Shown piece after piece: positions 27,491 to 38,484 of a stretch of DNA of 64,000 nt. A model generated the notes under the pieces. It saw nothing but the letters and a program-made list of their open reading frames with translations, did not search any database and was not told where the DNA came from. Origin of the DNA: a virus; the IMG/VR virus record IMGVR_UViG_3300045988_039227, positions 41,364 to 105,363 of that record. One strand, written 5' to 3'. Within the stretch, counting starts at the first letter, position 1. Each line of letters opens with the position of its first letter. Made by a program: the position numbers and the translations under genes.

Positions 27491-30400
27491 TTAAGTGCTC
27501 TATTTCTGTATTGTTACAGTATTATCTACGAAATACTTATTACTAAAAGTTGTTGCAATCATTTTATCTTCTGATATTGAATGATAAAAACGATCATACC
27601 ATAAATTAGGATATATTTCCGCAGAATTATTATCTCCAAATTTTATAAGCCCGATAAAATCATTTATTGGGGCACTAAAGTTAATTCTATAAGGTAATTT
27701 TCCAACTTCTATTTTAATAGGTTTTATATATACATCTTTACTTGGACTGGTTTGAGTAAAATACACTTTACAGTTAATCGTATCGTCATCATTGGCATAT
27801 GTTGAGTCAATGGAATCAATATTGATTCCAAAATAAACATTCATGCCATCATTTATAAATTCCAAACTACTATAAGACATAGAGGTATTCTCAGTTTCCC
27901 AAGTAACTCCTTTTTGCCATTTGCCAACATTGTCTTTATTTGTATCAAATGCAAAAACTCCACTATTAAAATAGTATGTAAACTTAGCACTTAATGTATA
28001 AAAATTACTTGGACCATCTAGGTCATAACTTGTACTATAAGCTCCATATGAATAGCATAAAGCCTATTTTTCACTTTCAGATTTCTTTGTATACCCTGTT
28101 AATATAAACTATTTATCTTTTGATTCAACACTAGCATCTTCGGAATCCTTATTATAAACACTATATGATAACCTTATGCTTTCCTTTTCTTTTACCCCAT
28201 ACCAATTAGTATAAAGATTACACTGTATAGAAATTATGCCATTTTCATTAGTTAATGATTGCAATACGGTTTTACCATCAACTGTTGATTCATCACCTCC
28301 GTGTTCATTTAAATATTTAGATATAGATTTAAAGTCTATAAATGAATATTCATTTCCTAGTCCAGTGTTATCTCCTGCAAAATACAAGAATTTTTGATAA
28401 TCTGATATAATGGTGCCTTTATATCCTGCATAATTCCAGTTGTTTTTAGAGCTATCTAATACAGAATTAAGATTTACATAAGTAGCCTAATCTAAGTCTT
28501 TTCCAGAATTCCAGTTGTAAGTAAACATTACAGCGTCTCCAGAAATGATCTATATACCCTTTTTCTCTTGAATAAGCTATATTGTGCAGAATTTATTCTT
28601 CTATCCCGTTATACTTACACGGAATACAACTCCTTTAGATTCTGAATAGTCTGTATTCTCTTCTAATGGATAGAAGTCTACTAATGTACCACGTTTGTTA
28701 ACGGAAAATTTGCTCTAAGGCGCATAACTTGTCACACTATACTCTACAGCTTCTGTTGATACAACTTCATTTGATTCGTTTATAAATTCTTTATAAGCGT
28801 TTACATATACTGTCTTTTTAGAAGATTCACCATACTGGTCGCTCTACCAAACTAATGACACTGTATTATCATTGATTTTATCTGCACTTAATCCAACATA
28901 TAGATGATACTTAGCAGTAAGCACTACGCGTTTACCATCCTATGTACAATCAATAGTAACAGACTTATCGTTCTTGGTTATAGTTTCGGTCCATTCTTTC
29001 TACTGTGTAGATGTATTAGCTTCTGCTGTTATTTCTTCCTCTGTTGTAGTTTCTTCAAACTTCTGATTATCATTGTCGTTAGTTTGCCAAGTGTACCAAG
29101 TAGTTACAGAGACACTTTGTGTTCCACCAGCTGCCTCAAAATGCAAAGATGTAGGATCTGCAGAAATACCCCAAACTTTAACATTAGCTTCTTGAGTATA
29201 TGACCACTAAAGTTCTTTATTTGAACCATCTTGAATAAGTTTGCCACTCTCAGTTACCTCTTGATCACTGTAATTATATCCAGATGGTCTTCCTATTTGT
29301 CCAGAATACTAAACGTCCTCTTTCTTAACTGTACCAAATGTACCTGTTTTAGTTCTATAAGAAGTTATGCCATCTAACGTAAAGCCATCAGCATGCTTAA
29401 TCTCTTGACCATTTGCATAGTATTGTCTACTCCATGATGTACCAGTGCTAGATCCGCCATTGGTATCGCTTATATTATACTCAAATACATATGTCCAATC
29501 TTCAGGGAACTCTTCAGCTTTGTTTGGTTGCGTCCAAAAAACTTCAGCAGTAGGAGTCTGAGATGAATCGTTATTATAGTAATACGTTTTACTACCACTT
29601 CTAGATGATTGTGTAGTATTTGCATCTACTGTTATCGTATCAGATATACTACCAATCTCCTTTCTTGTGCCAAGCGTTCCAGTTAAACCATACGTTCCAG
29701 TTATATCTACTGATCCACCATCTGCAGGGAACGCAAACTGTGTTGGAGAAACATCTATCCATCTATGTTCTGTGTCATCTGGGAACTCTTCAGCATATGT
29801 TACTATAGATGTTGCCTTTAATCCATTATATTGTACAGATATTGTTCCGGTACAATTAACACTAGATGCAGCAGAAGTAAACTGCATTCCGTCTTTAGAA
29901 TGTGAGAAAGACTGACCAGACACATGAGTATCACTAATAGTATAATCAATAGTAGGATGCTCTATTGTATCAGAAGCATTTAGCACAACATTTACTGATC
30001 CATCTCTAGAAATAGTACCAGAAGTATTATCCCAAGTTTTTGTTGTCTTTACTCTACTGTAGTTAACAGTAAACTATTTTGACAAACCTTCATTCAAACT
30101 CCATGACGATGGTAATAAAGAAATAGTGCCATCATTATATGATTCGCCTACTCCACCTCCATTTACAGTAAAACCAACAGACTATGGTGCCTCACTTTCG
30201 GTTCTTACTCTAACGGTGTATTGGAATGTATAATTATTACCAGATGTTGTATATCTTGTAATAGATGTCCCATTTATAGTTACAGTAGGTACAGAATCAC
30301 ATGTGGCTACAAGTGTATAAGTACAATCTACATCAGCCTCTTTAGCTTCCTGTATAATAGTAATAGTATCAGACTTTCCTGTAGCATTAGAACCAGTTAT

Positions 30401-30799
30401 ATGACCAGTTCTCTAATCACCAATATTTGGACTTACAGTAAATCTTATTTCGGTACCGTTTATCACGATATTTGTAATCCAATCTACGTCAGATGTAGCA
30501 TTGTATGGTATTGTGTTACCATCTATATCTCTTGATGATACAGACGTTGTATATGTATTACCTGAAGCCTGTGGATTATATCCCTTATTAGTAAAAGAGA
30601 AGTTGCTAAGATCCGGTTTATCTTCAACAGAGAATATATCTATATACTCATTGTTAAGATACTGCGACAAATTAGATGTAATATCCTTTCTGTGAGCCTG
30701 TGCTATTTCTACAGCAGCAGACTTAGTTATGCATTCATTTGTACCAGATGCGTCGTCTCCTACAAGCTAATAAACTTTTTTATATGTTAATATTTCCAT
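27491..30799 (-). CDS. large fibre/spike protein with BACON-like Ig repeats (1102 aa)
   Basis: Frame 2 was checked codon by codon. ATG at 30799 (TAA at 30809 upstream), about 27 TAG. A TAG at 27500 is followed 3 codons later by TAA at 27491..27493. It joins track ORFs 30413..30670, 29309..29986, 28109..28387 and 27500..27880. Segments such as DVDWITNIVINGTEIRFTVSPNIGDQRTGHITG look like BACON-type repeats (recognised by eye). Confidence 0.7.
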
Positions 30800-30801
30800 T
30801 T

Positions 30802-31947
30802 TTATGATTTATTAGTCTCAATACTAAACATTCCGCTATTAAAGTAATATGTAAACGTAGCTGATAATGTCATATTCAACTAAGGGTTATTGTAATTATT
30901 TTTGCCTTGTGTATCACAATATGACTGAATGGCATTACGACCAGATTCTCTAACGCCATTTATATTAAATGTGTAGTCTCCAGCGTCATTCCAACTAAAG
31001 TTGTCTCCAGACTTATTGTATGCGATATAATTAATATTTATATCATGACCATTAGTATTATACCATACAGTATATAGATATACTTTACAAGTAAGAAGAC
31101 CGTTCTGGTCCGTAATAGCCTATATCATCGTCTGACCAGTTGTTGATATTTTGTCTCTATTTTCGCTTATATACTTAGCTATAGAATCGAAATCAACCAA
31201 AGCGTGCTCTTGACCCATTCCAGTGTTGTCTCCAGCAAATCCTAGAACGTTAATTCCATTAGGGAGTGATACTCTGCTATTTGTTCCAAAACCAACATAT
31301 ATATCTTGCACACCATTTACAAAGCATGCAACAGTTGTTGCCTGGTTAAGATCTGTACCAGTACTCCAACTATAAGTAAAGTCGACAACATCGCCACAAA
31401 CTAATTCAATACCAGTTCTAACCTATATCAAATTAATTTTACACTCCTTTGATTCGTCTTCGCTGTTTATTACTTTAATATTTTCTACTACAAACTAACT
31501 ATTTGTATTTTCGTCTTTAGGCCAAAAAGAATAACCATCTGTATTATTTACGTATTCAAACTTTTCTGGTTCTATCAGAATTCTACATTCGACAGGATTG
31601 TCACTAAGCTTCTATCCAGTGATAAGATACGTATGTTTGAGAGCCTTTACATATATTCTTTTTGCATCGGAATTATTCTTAGCCTATGCTGAAAATATTG
31701 CTTGAGCAGTATCGCTCCAGCTCTCATTGTCATACGATACCTGTATAGAATATTCGACCCTAGTCTAGCTTTCACATTCGAACTCATCTATAAGTTCTGA
31801 ATCAGAATAGCTAGAAAGGTCGTTAGTTATTCTCTTTAGCTTCTAACTAGCAATATCTTGAGCTTCACTTTTAGTAATAATCTCATTTGTACTTAATGAA
31901 GTAGCTCCGACTTCATTATATACTTGTTTTTGTGTTAGAAGCTCCAT
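30802..31947 (-). CDS. fibre/spike paralog (381 aa)
   Basis: Frame 1 was checked codon by codon. ATG at 31947 (TAA at 31954 upstream), about 9 TAG, TAA at 30802..30804. Its N-terminus (MELLTQKQVYNEVGATSLSTNEIITKSEAQDIA) and a C-terminal block (FAGDNTGMGQEHALVDFDSIAKYISEN) are paralogous to the 1102-aa protein. Confidence 0.7.
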
Positions 31948-31953
31948 AATAGA

Positions 31954-32757
31954 TTAATCTGTAATTTTAAAGAAATGCTGAGCATTTACATTGCTAATAC
32001 CGGCTGCAGGAGTAAGTGTACCTCCGTTCTTAACCCAGTATCTATTGAGAACCTGCTCAATCTTGCTCTCAATATCATTACCACCAATAGCTTGCTGAAT
32101 CAACTGGTTTATTTTGTTTTCGATGTAGTTTGTAACATCGTTGTTCTACTTAATAGTAGAGCTAAGATCACCAGCTACCCACCGGCCATTTGTGTAGACA
32201 AGTACATTGCCCTCTCTACCTTCTGGCAAGAAAGCTTGTGCTCCTGTACCGTTAATCTTTCCGTTGATAGTAATATTGTTAAGAGTTGTATTTCCGTCAA
32301 CTCTAAGGTCGCCTTCGCTCTTTATAAGATTATGAACTGTAAGAGTATTACAGTCTAACTGAAGAGCTTTAAATACGCCCATTACATCGAGGTCGTTGCA
32401 AGTGATCTTATGGTCAGCCTGGATACTAACAGGATTACCATGAGCTGTAAGCTTGTCATAAGCATCAAGTGTGCCACGAATTTCCTGATTGCCATTTATA
32501 TCCTAGTTACCACGAACAGTCTGATCACCTTCTACGGTAGTATTACCCTCGAACACAGCATCGCCATGGAATGTAGCTCTATTAAACTCCGGATTACTTT
32601 TAAAGTCTTCCATTTTGTTATCGATGCTCTTTACAACATCTTCAATAGAAGACTTGTTTTTCTCAGACCAGATCTAACTAGCATCTGCAACAATGCCTTC
32701 TGTTGAGACATTTACAAGCTTACCATATATCTGAATATCTTCGTTTGTTGCGTTCAT
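31954..32757 (-). CDS. fibre-module protein with beta-helix-like repeats (267 aa)
   Basis: Frame 1 was checked. ATG at 32757 (TAA at 32764 upstream), 3 TAG, TAA at 31954..31956. It contains track ORF 32146..32382. Confidence 0.65.
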
Positions 32758-32759
32758 GA

Positions 32760-34142
32760 TTATTTATTCTTAAATTTAACATAAACAGTAGAACCGCCTG
32801 TAGAAACGTTTCTCTTCATTGGATTAGGGCAGCAATAATAATATCTAGAATCATTAAGCTTATGCTGAGGCTTAGTGAGAGGGATGTATGTTGCTGCGCC
32901 AACATTACCAACGCCCTGTGTATTAATGTTAGCAGCGTACAAGATAGGTTGACGTGTAACAATCCACAAGTACTGTCCATCTGTATCGTTCTCTACAGTA
33001 GTAGCGTCTGTAAGACTATTTACCTTTGTAAGAAGTGCAAGGTTTACATTCTCTACACCAACTGCATTGAAAGATTCTTGATCCTTTGTCTCGAAAGACT
33101 GATCCTTACGGTTAAATCCATATTTGTAATCGTCTTCCATATTCTCTGGGAATGGACGTACTGGCAAGAAGCCAATGTAATCATAATCGCCACCAATTAC
33201 AGTAACGTTAAAACCGGTGCTAACTTCGTTATTTTTAGCTGACACTGTTACGTATGTTGATACTGTATCATTCTAATCAAGAGCCTTAATAAGACCCGTG
33301 TGCTGATCAATTACTACAACACCAGTCTTAGCTGCATGGAAGTCGAGCTGTTCGTAAGGCCAGTTGTCTGGAGTATACTCAAGTACCGAACCATTCTCTA
33401 GCTCTACTTCAATATAATACTGATGATCTCTTGTGTCGAGTTCTCCTAGTCTAAGAGATGTATTGCCATACATGTTAAGGTCGCCCTTAACTCTAATGGA
33501 CAAAATATTCTTATTCATAAGATCGTCCTTATCTACATCAAGTGTAATGTCGCCACTTGCACCAGACTTATCGTCTACAAGTTGAAGAACGTCACCGTAG
33601 TCCATTGTGTATGTATGGAGATCTGTGCGACCCCAACCTGGTTCATAAATCATAGCCTGTACAACGAGTTTGTATACACCACAGAACATCTGATCCTTTG
33701 CAGGGAAGTAGCACTGAATAGAGTTAGCCTTAGGCAGAACTCTAGAGTATGCCAAATATGTAAAGTCCTCACAAGCGCAGCAATTTACAGCATCATATGC
33801 CTTTCTGTACTTTGGTGGCAATATGCCAGGTCCTGCTGCAGGATTGCAACCATGAGGGTCAAGCATGCATCGGAAGTTATGACTACAATAATAGTCATTG
33901 TGACAGCAGTCATGATGATCACAGTGTGGCAATACATGATATTTTGGATGACCACACATATTCGTCATATATCCACAACCATGAACATGCTTATTGCAGA
34001 AGCAATCGACTGGAAAATAGTCGAGCATTGATGTGTTAATTAAATAACACTTAAGCTGTTTGATATTAGCTTGATCGTACGTACGTGGACCACGAAGTGT
34101 AAGATTTAATCTTATATCGTTTCCAATTCTAATTCTTTGCAT
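32760..34142 (-). CDS. structural protein with Cys/His-rich insertion (460 aa)
   Basis: Track ORFs 33273..34202 and 32760..33245 are in the same frame and are separated only by the TAG at 33273, with no stop in 33246..33272. The likely start is ATG 34142 (MQRIRIGNDIRL); sequence upstream of it is a terminator hairpin. It ends at TAA 32760..32762. Confidence 0.7.
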
Positions 34143-34158
34143 ATTATAATATGTGTTT

Positions 34159-34200
34159 AAAAACAAAAAGCCGAGATAGGGTAAGAACCCCCACCCCGGC
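34159..34200 (-). terminator. Rho-independent terminator
   Basis: On the minus strand GCCGGGGTGGGG-GTTCTTA-CCCTATCTCGGC forms a 12-bp stem including G:U pairs, followed by TTTTTGTTTTT. It lies just after the stop of the 34207..35331 gene. Confidence 0.7.
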
Positions 34201-34206
34201 AATTAA

Positions 34207-35331
34207 TTAAAAGTTTGCTTTATCGTAAGCAGCAGAGTTGTCAACTGGGTTAACAATGTTCTGACGAGAAGCGATCATAGTCTAGAGCTTTGTAATAAAG
34301 CCATCTGCAATCTGATCAGCACCCATAGCCTCACCATTGTTAGAAGCGTAGATCTCAACTGTCTGCTTTGTTCTACGCCAAAGATCATCAGCTGTACGGT
34401 ACTGGTTCTCAAATTCGATAGTAATACCGTCGTACTTGTTATCGAGATTTGTTACCATAGCTGGCTGAGGATCGTACCAGCAGCAACGGTGCAAAACGCC
34501 CTGATAGTCAAATGTAGCACGCTCGCGATCACGTACCAATTTAGCTGTTGCTGGGTATGTAACGCCTTCCTTCTTAGAGAAGACAACACCGAGGTCGTAC
34601 TTGTTATTTGAAGCCCAACCTGGAGCAGCAGGGTTCATCCAATACATGTTTGCATCGAAACGACCCTTCATGTAAACGTTCTCTGTTCTATTAGACTCAT
34701 CGTCATCATACTTCATCTGTGTAAGAACGAGCTTCTGACCATCGATCTTAGCATATACACGCTGACGCTTTGGAGCGCGGATAATATCCTTGATCAAGCC
34801 AGCAATAATGCTTTCTACAGTGTCACCAACCTTTGTTACGTAGCTGTATGACTCTGTCCATTTACGATAGCGCATTGGCATATCCTTGAAAGTAAGACGG
34901 AGAACAACTGGGCAACCACCCTATGCGAGGAGATCCATAGTCTCAGGAGCAATACCGCTGAAATCGATTGTAATCTCATCCTCAGAATCCTCCTTATAGT
35001 CAAGCTTAGCAACAGACTTGATATCTGCCACATTGATAATGTTAGACCACTTTACAACTGGTACAAATGTAACATTACCAAGCTTATCAACCTTCTGGAA
35101 GCTATCAGATGTAACAACACCAATCTTAAAGCGATCAGCTGCTGCATCCATCTTATAAACATCCTCAATAGCAGTACCATCCTGCTTAGCTGGATCACAG
35201 TTCATAAATACGAACTTACCAACCAATGGCTTAAGATCTTCCTTCTTAGCCTTACCCTTCAACTCTTCTGCAGTAGCGAGGGTTTCACCGTTCTTGTTAG
35301 AAACGAGAACTGAATTTACGTATGTAATCAT
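34207..35331 (-). CDS. abundant virion structural protein (374 aa)
   Basis: Track ORFs 34921..35331 and 34282..34881 share frame 1 and are joined through the TAG at 34921. A TAG at 34282 is read through to TAA at 34207..34209. GC and codon usage are visibly richer than the neighbours, and a strong terminator follows, which suggests high expression. The exact role (head fibre, auxiliary capsid or tail) is not resolvable by eye. Confidence 0.7.
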
Positions 35332-35410
35332 ATTAAAATTAATTTTTTCTACTCACCCTATAATATTAACACTAGACCTAACTAGCTGGGCTTTCCACGT
35401 TAAAATTATG

Positions 35411-36106
35411 TTATTCTTGTGTATCTACCTCTTGAGTTATAGTTTTATAGCGCTCATCTTTTTTGTTTTCCAAATACATCTGAGCTGCAATTTTTATAAT
35501 CTCGGGCATAATAATATCCTCGAAATCCTCATATTCATCATAAGGATTATCAAGTGTTATTTCTGTAGGCTTTCTGAGATAACCTAAAGAATATTTACTA
35601 ATCTTGTATTGCTTGTCTGTAAGCAACATGCATCCATTAGAGTTTCTTACACGTAGAGGTCTAGCTCTATGAAATCTGTAATGGAAGTCTGTAAGACTGT
35701 TGTTGACTCTGTACATAAAACTATCCTGTGTACATTCAAACATACATGTATTGATTTTATTCTCTCCATCAAGGTCGCTTATCACGACGTCCTCATTGAG
35801 TGAGAACATGAAGTCTTCTGGATAGATTATTGTATAAGATGTATATGACGGTTGATTTTCATCTACAATCATACTTCTTAATGTATAAGTTTTCTATTTG
35901 TATAGCTTAATAAGATCAGTTCTACGCTTTTCATTTTGTTCATACGAAGTTCCGTGAACAAGATCGCTATTAAACCTAAGCTTAATAAACTTACCAACAG
36001 CCTAATTAAGCCAGAATAAAGATTCGTCAGTAGATGGTTTGTCTAACTGGCTATCAAATTTATTTATCTCTCTTTCTAGCCCCACCAAAATATCTATATT
36101 CTTCAT
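35411..36106 (-). CDS. hypothetical head-tail joining-size protein (231 aa)
   Basis: Frame 2 was checked. ATG at 36106 (TGA at 36110 upstream), 2 TAG, genuine TAA at 35411..35413. It contains track ORF 35411..35872. Confidence 0.65.
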
Positions 36107-36849
36107 TACTCAGCCTCCTACTATTTTGGTTGTGATTGTTTAGAATTACCCTAAGCAAGCTTTAGTTTATACCGATTCAAATACATGTCCACAGCTCCTG
36201 ATACAAGTTCCTCAAAACATGAGTACGGGAGTGAACAGTAGCTATGTACAGCTCCAGCCGATTGATCATTATCATCAAACTTTAATACATTGAATGCATT
36301 AGGCTGGCAGTAGTATGTAAGATCTACACTTTCTATCTATGTATATGTGTCAGATATAACTTTAAACTAATTACTTGTATAACTAGTATTTTCGAATACA
36401 ACTAATGGGTTCTTTATGATTCCCTTGTAGTTGTAATATGCATTGATTACATTGTCTACATCTTCTTGCTTAACAAGTATGTTAGGCGTAATTACGCCAT
36501 TTTCTAAAACCTTATCACTTTTGTAATTTTTTGTAACGATGCTTTCAGATCTTACGTACATTGCATAATTGTCTGGAAGGTTATATATGCCATCATCATT
36601 TGATGTCTTTATATTAACTCGCCTAATTAAAGATCTACTAACATCGCTTATTCTTTTAGCTCGTCTAGTACCACGCTGAAAATCGTCTTCGGTAGAATAC
36701 AGTATTTTAACATACTGTGTCTAGAACTCGCTTAAGAATGAATATATCGCATCGGTATTAAGTTTTTGTTCTGATGCAAACTAAGGATATACTTCAATCA
36801 GTCTGCGCTCAAACTCAATACCAAGTTTTCTTGTTTCTTCTCTTGTCAT
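36106..36849 (-). CDS. hypothetical structural protein (247 aa)
   Basis: Frame 1 was checked. ATG at 36849 (TGA at 36853 upstream), about 7 TAG, TAA at 36106..36108 sharing its A with the next ATG (TAATG). It contains track ORF 36367..36561. Confidence 0.65.
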
Positions 36850-37574
36850 GATTCAAGTGGTCTAGTATTAGCTTTAGTAGCAAGTCTACTAGATTCTACA
36901 ATCTCAGTAGACATAATAATTGCCAAATTAATTAATTCTTCAGCCATGCTATCAGATAGTTCAAATTCAGTCTATCCGAAATCATAGTCGGTTACTGACA
37001 GTCCTTGTCCGACAGCGAATTTTGCAGGACGTTTAATAAACGTAAATTCAGCTTTTGACTGAGCTCCATTATATTGTACATCCATTGGATCTACGTATAT
37101 TACAACGTTATTATTTTCTATACACCCTACAGGCTATTCAACCCAAGGTAAATTTATTTTTGTAGCTCTAAACTTTTTGGCAATATCATGCGATACGAAT
37201 ACTATGTTTTCATACTGATGATCAATATCGTCATGAGAGGTAATGCTTCCCTTAATTTCTATTTCTCCATCAATTATGTACAAAATAAGATTATTCATAG
37301 TGTGTGTACTAAATGTATAGCTATTATCGCCAGATAAACTACCAATGGCTGTGAATTTATTAATCAATGGCTACAAATCTTCAGTTGCTTTCATATCTGA
37401 CTCAAACGCTGACTTTCTTGGATTATTCCCTGTATATTTTTGAGCTATAAGAGCTAAGTAGGCTTTGTCGAGTATTGTTGCAACTTCATATTTAGTTAGC
37501 GACGGATATGACGAAGTTATATTTGCCTTGTCATATTCAATCATAAACTTAGTATAAATATCACTATGCGTCAT
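36846..37574 (-). CDS. hypothetical structural protein (242 aa)
   Basis: Track ORFs 37371..37574 and 37134..37367 are in one frame, joined through the TAG at 37371. The frame continues through TAG at 37134 and 36970 to TGA at 36846..36848 (ATGA overlap with the next gene). Confidence 0.65.
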
Positions 37575-37589
37575 ACGTCGTTAGTTTAA

Positions 37590-38342
37590 TTATTTATTTT
37601 CGACCTGATTAATAATCGAGATCTTTAAGTCTTGATTCTTCTTTGCGTCCAAGTATGCAATACAATCCTGTAATGAGTCTGCAAGCATCTCAGAACCATA
37701 GTAATACTGTGTTCTATCCTTACGGATAATACCTTTGGCAATAGCACTCTCGATCAAGAACTCTGTTTCCTTTGTCTTATTATTAACCCACTTTGTAAAG
37801 AAGTTCTGTGGCTACTTATCAACCAATGAGAACAGTGTAGACTCTACAAGCTCATTAGACATTGTATCAGCACTAACACCGAACAGTCTAAGACACTTAC
37901 GCATCTCTTCAAGAGAAAGCTTACCAAAGGCGATAATAGCGTCTCTACGAAGCTTGTTAATCTTATTCTTCTCAATAGCTTCAGCCTGTCTATTAATAAG
38001 CAGGTAATCTTTGCCAGCATTGAGTTTATCGAGTGATGTAGCTACTCTCTTATGTCCCTCAAGGAACTTAATGATCATAGCCTGACGTGGGAATGAGTCA
38101 TCGAGGATTGTGCTCTTAGATCCAACCTTAACACAGAATGTATTCCAGAATGGGGAATTCTTAGCGAGATGGCCTTCTGGATAGCCAAGCTCCTTTTCAA
38201 ATTTCTTTTCGTCCTCAGGTGTTAAACCTGTGTATATCGACCCAGATCTGGTAAAGTAAGGTGCAATATAATCAAAGCAATGCTTGTACTTTAACAATCC
38301 AGCCCAGGGATTTTTCTTTCTGATTTTTAATTCAACTACCAT
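37590..38342 (-). CDS. hypothetical protein downstream of the capsid gene (250 aa)
   Basis: Track ORF 37812..38342 ends at TAG. The frame stays open for 73 more codons to TAA at 37590..37592. Confidence 0.65.
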
Positions 38343-38484
38343 AATTTTTCAATTAGTTGTTGCAATGCCAAGCTCCCGTGTACTATCCGTCTTTTATCGT
38401 GTAGCACGCCCGTTGCCGAATAGTCAAATCCCACGGAAGATTATTGGAATCCACGGGGTTGAACATTGTATATTATTTAATTAA

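Noticed and set aside
33246-33272. Two separate genes, 33273..34202 and 32760..33245.
   Set aside because: They share one frame and are separated only by a TAG. The downstream part has no ATG start (the track used GTG), so they were merged into one 460-aa protein.
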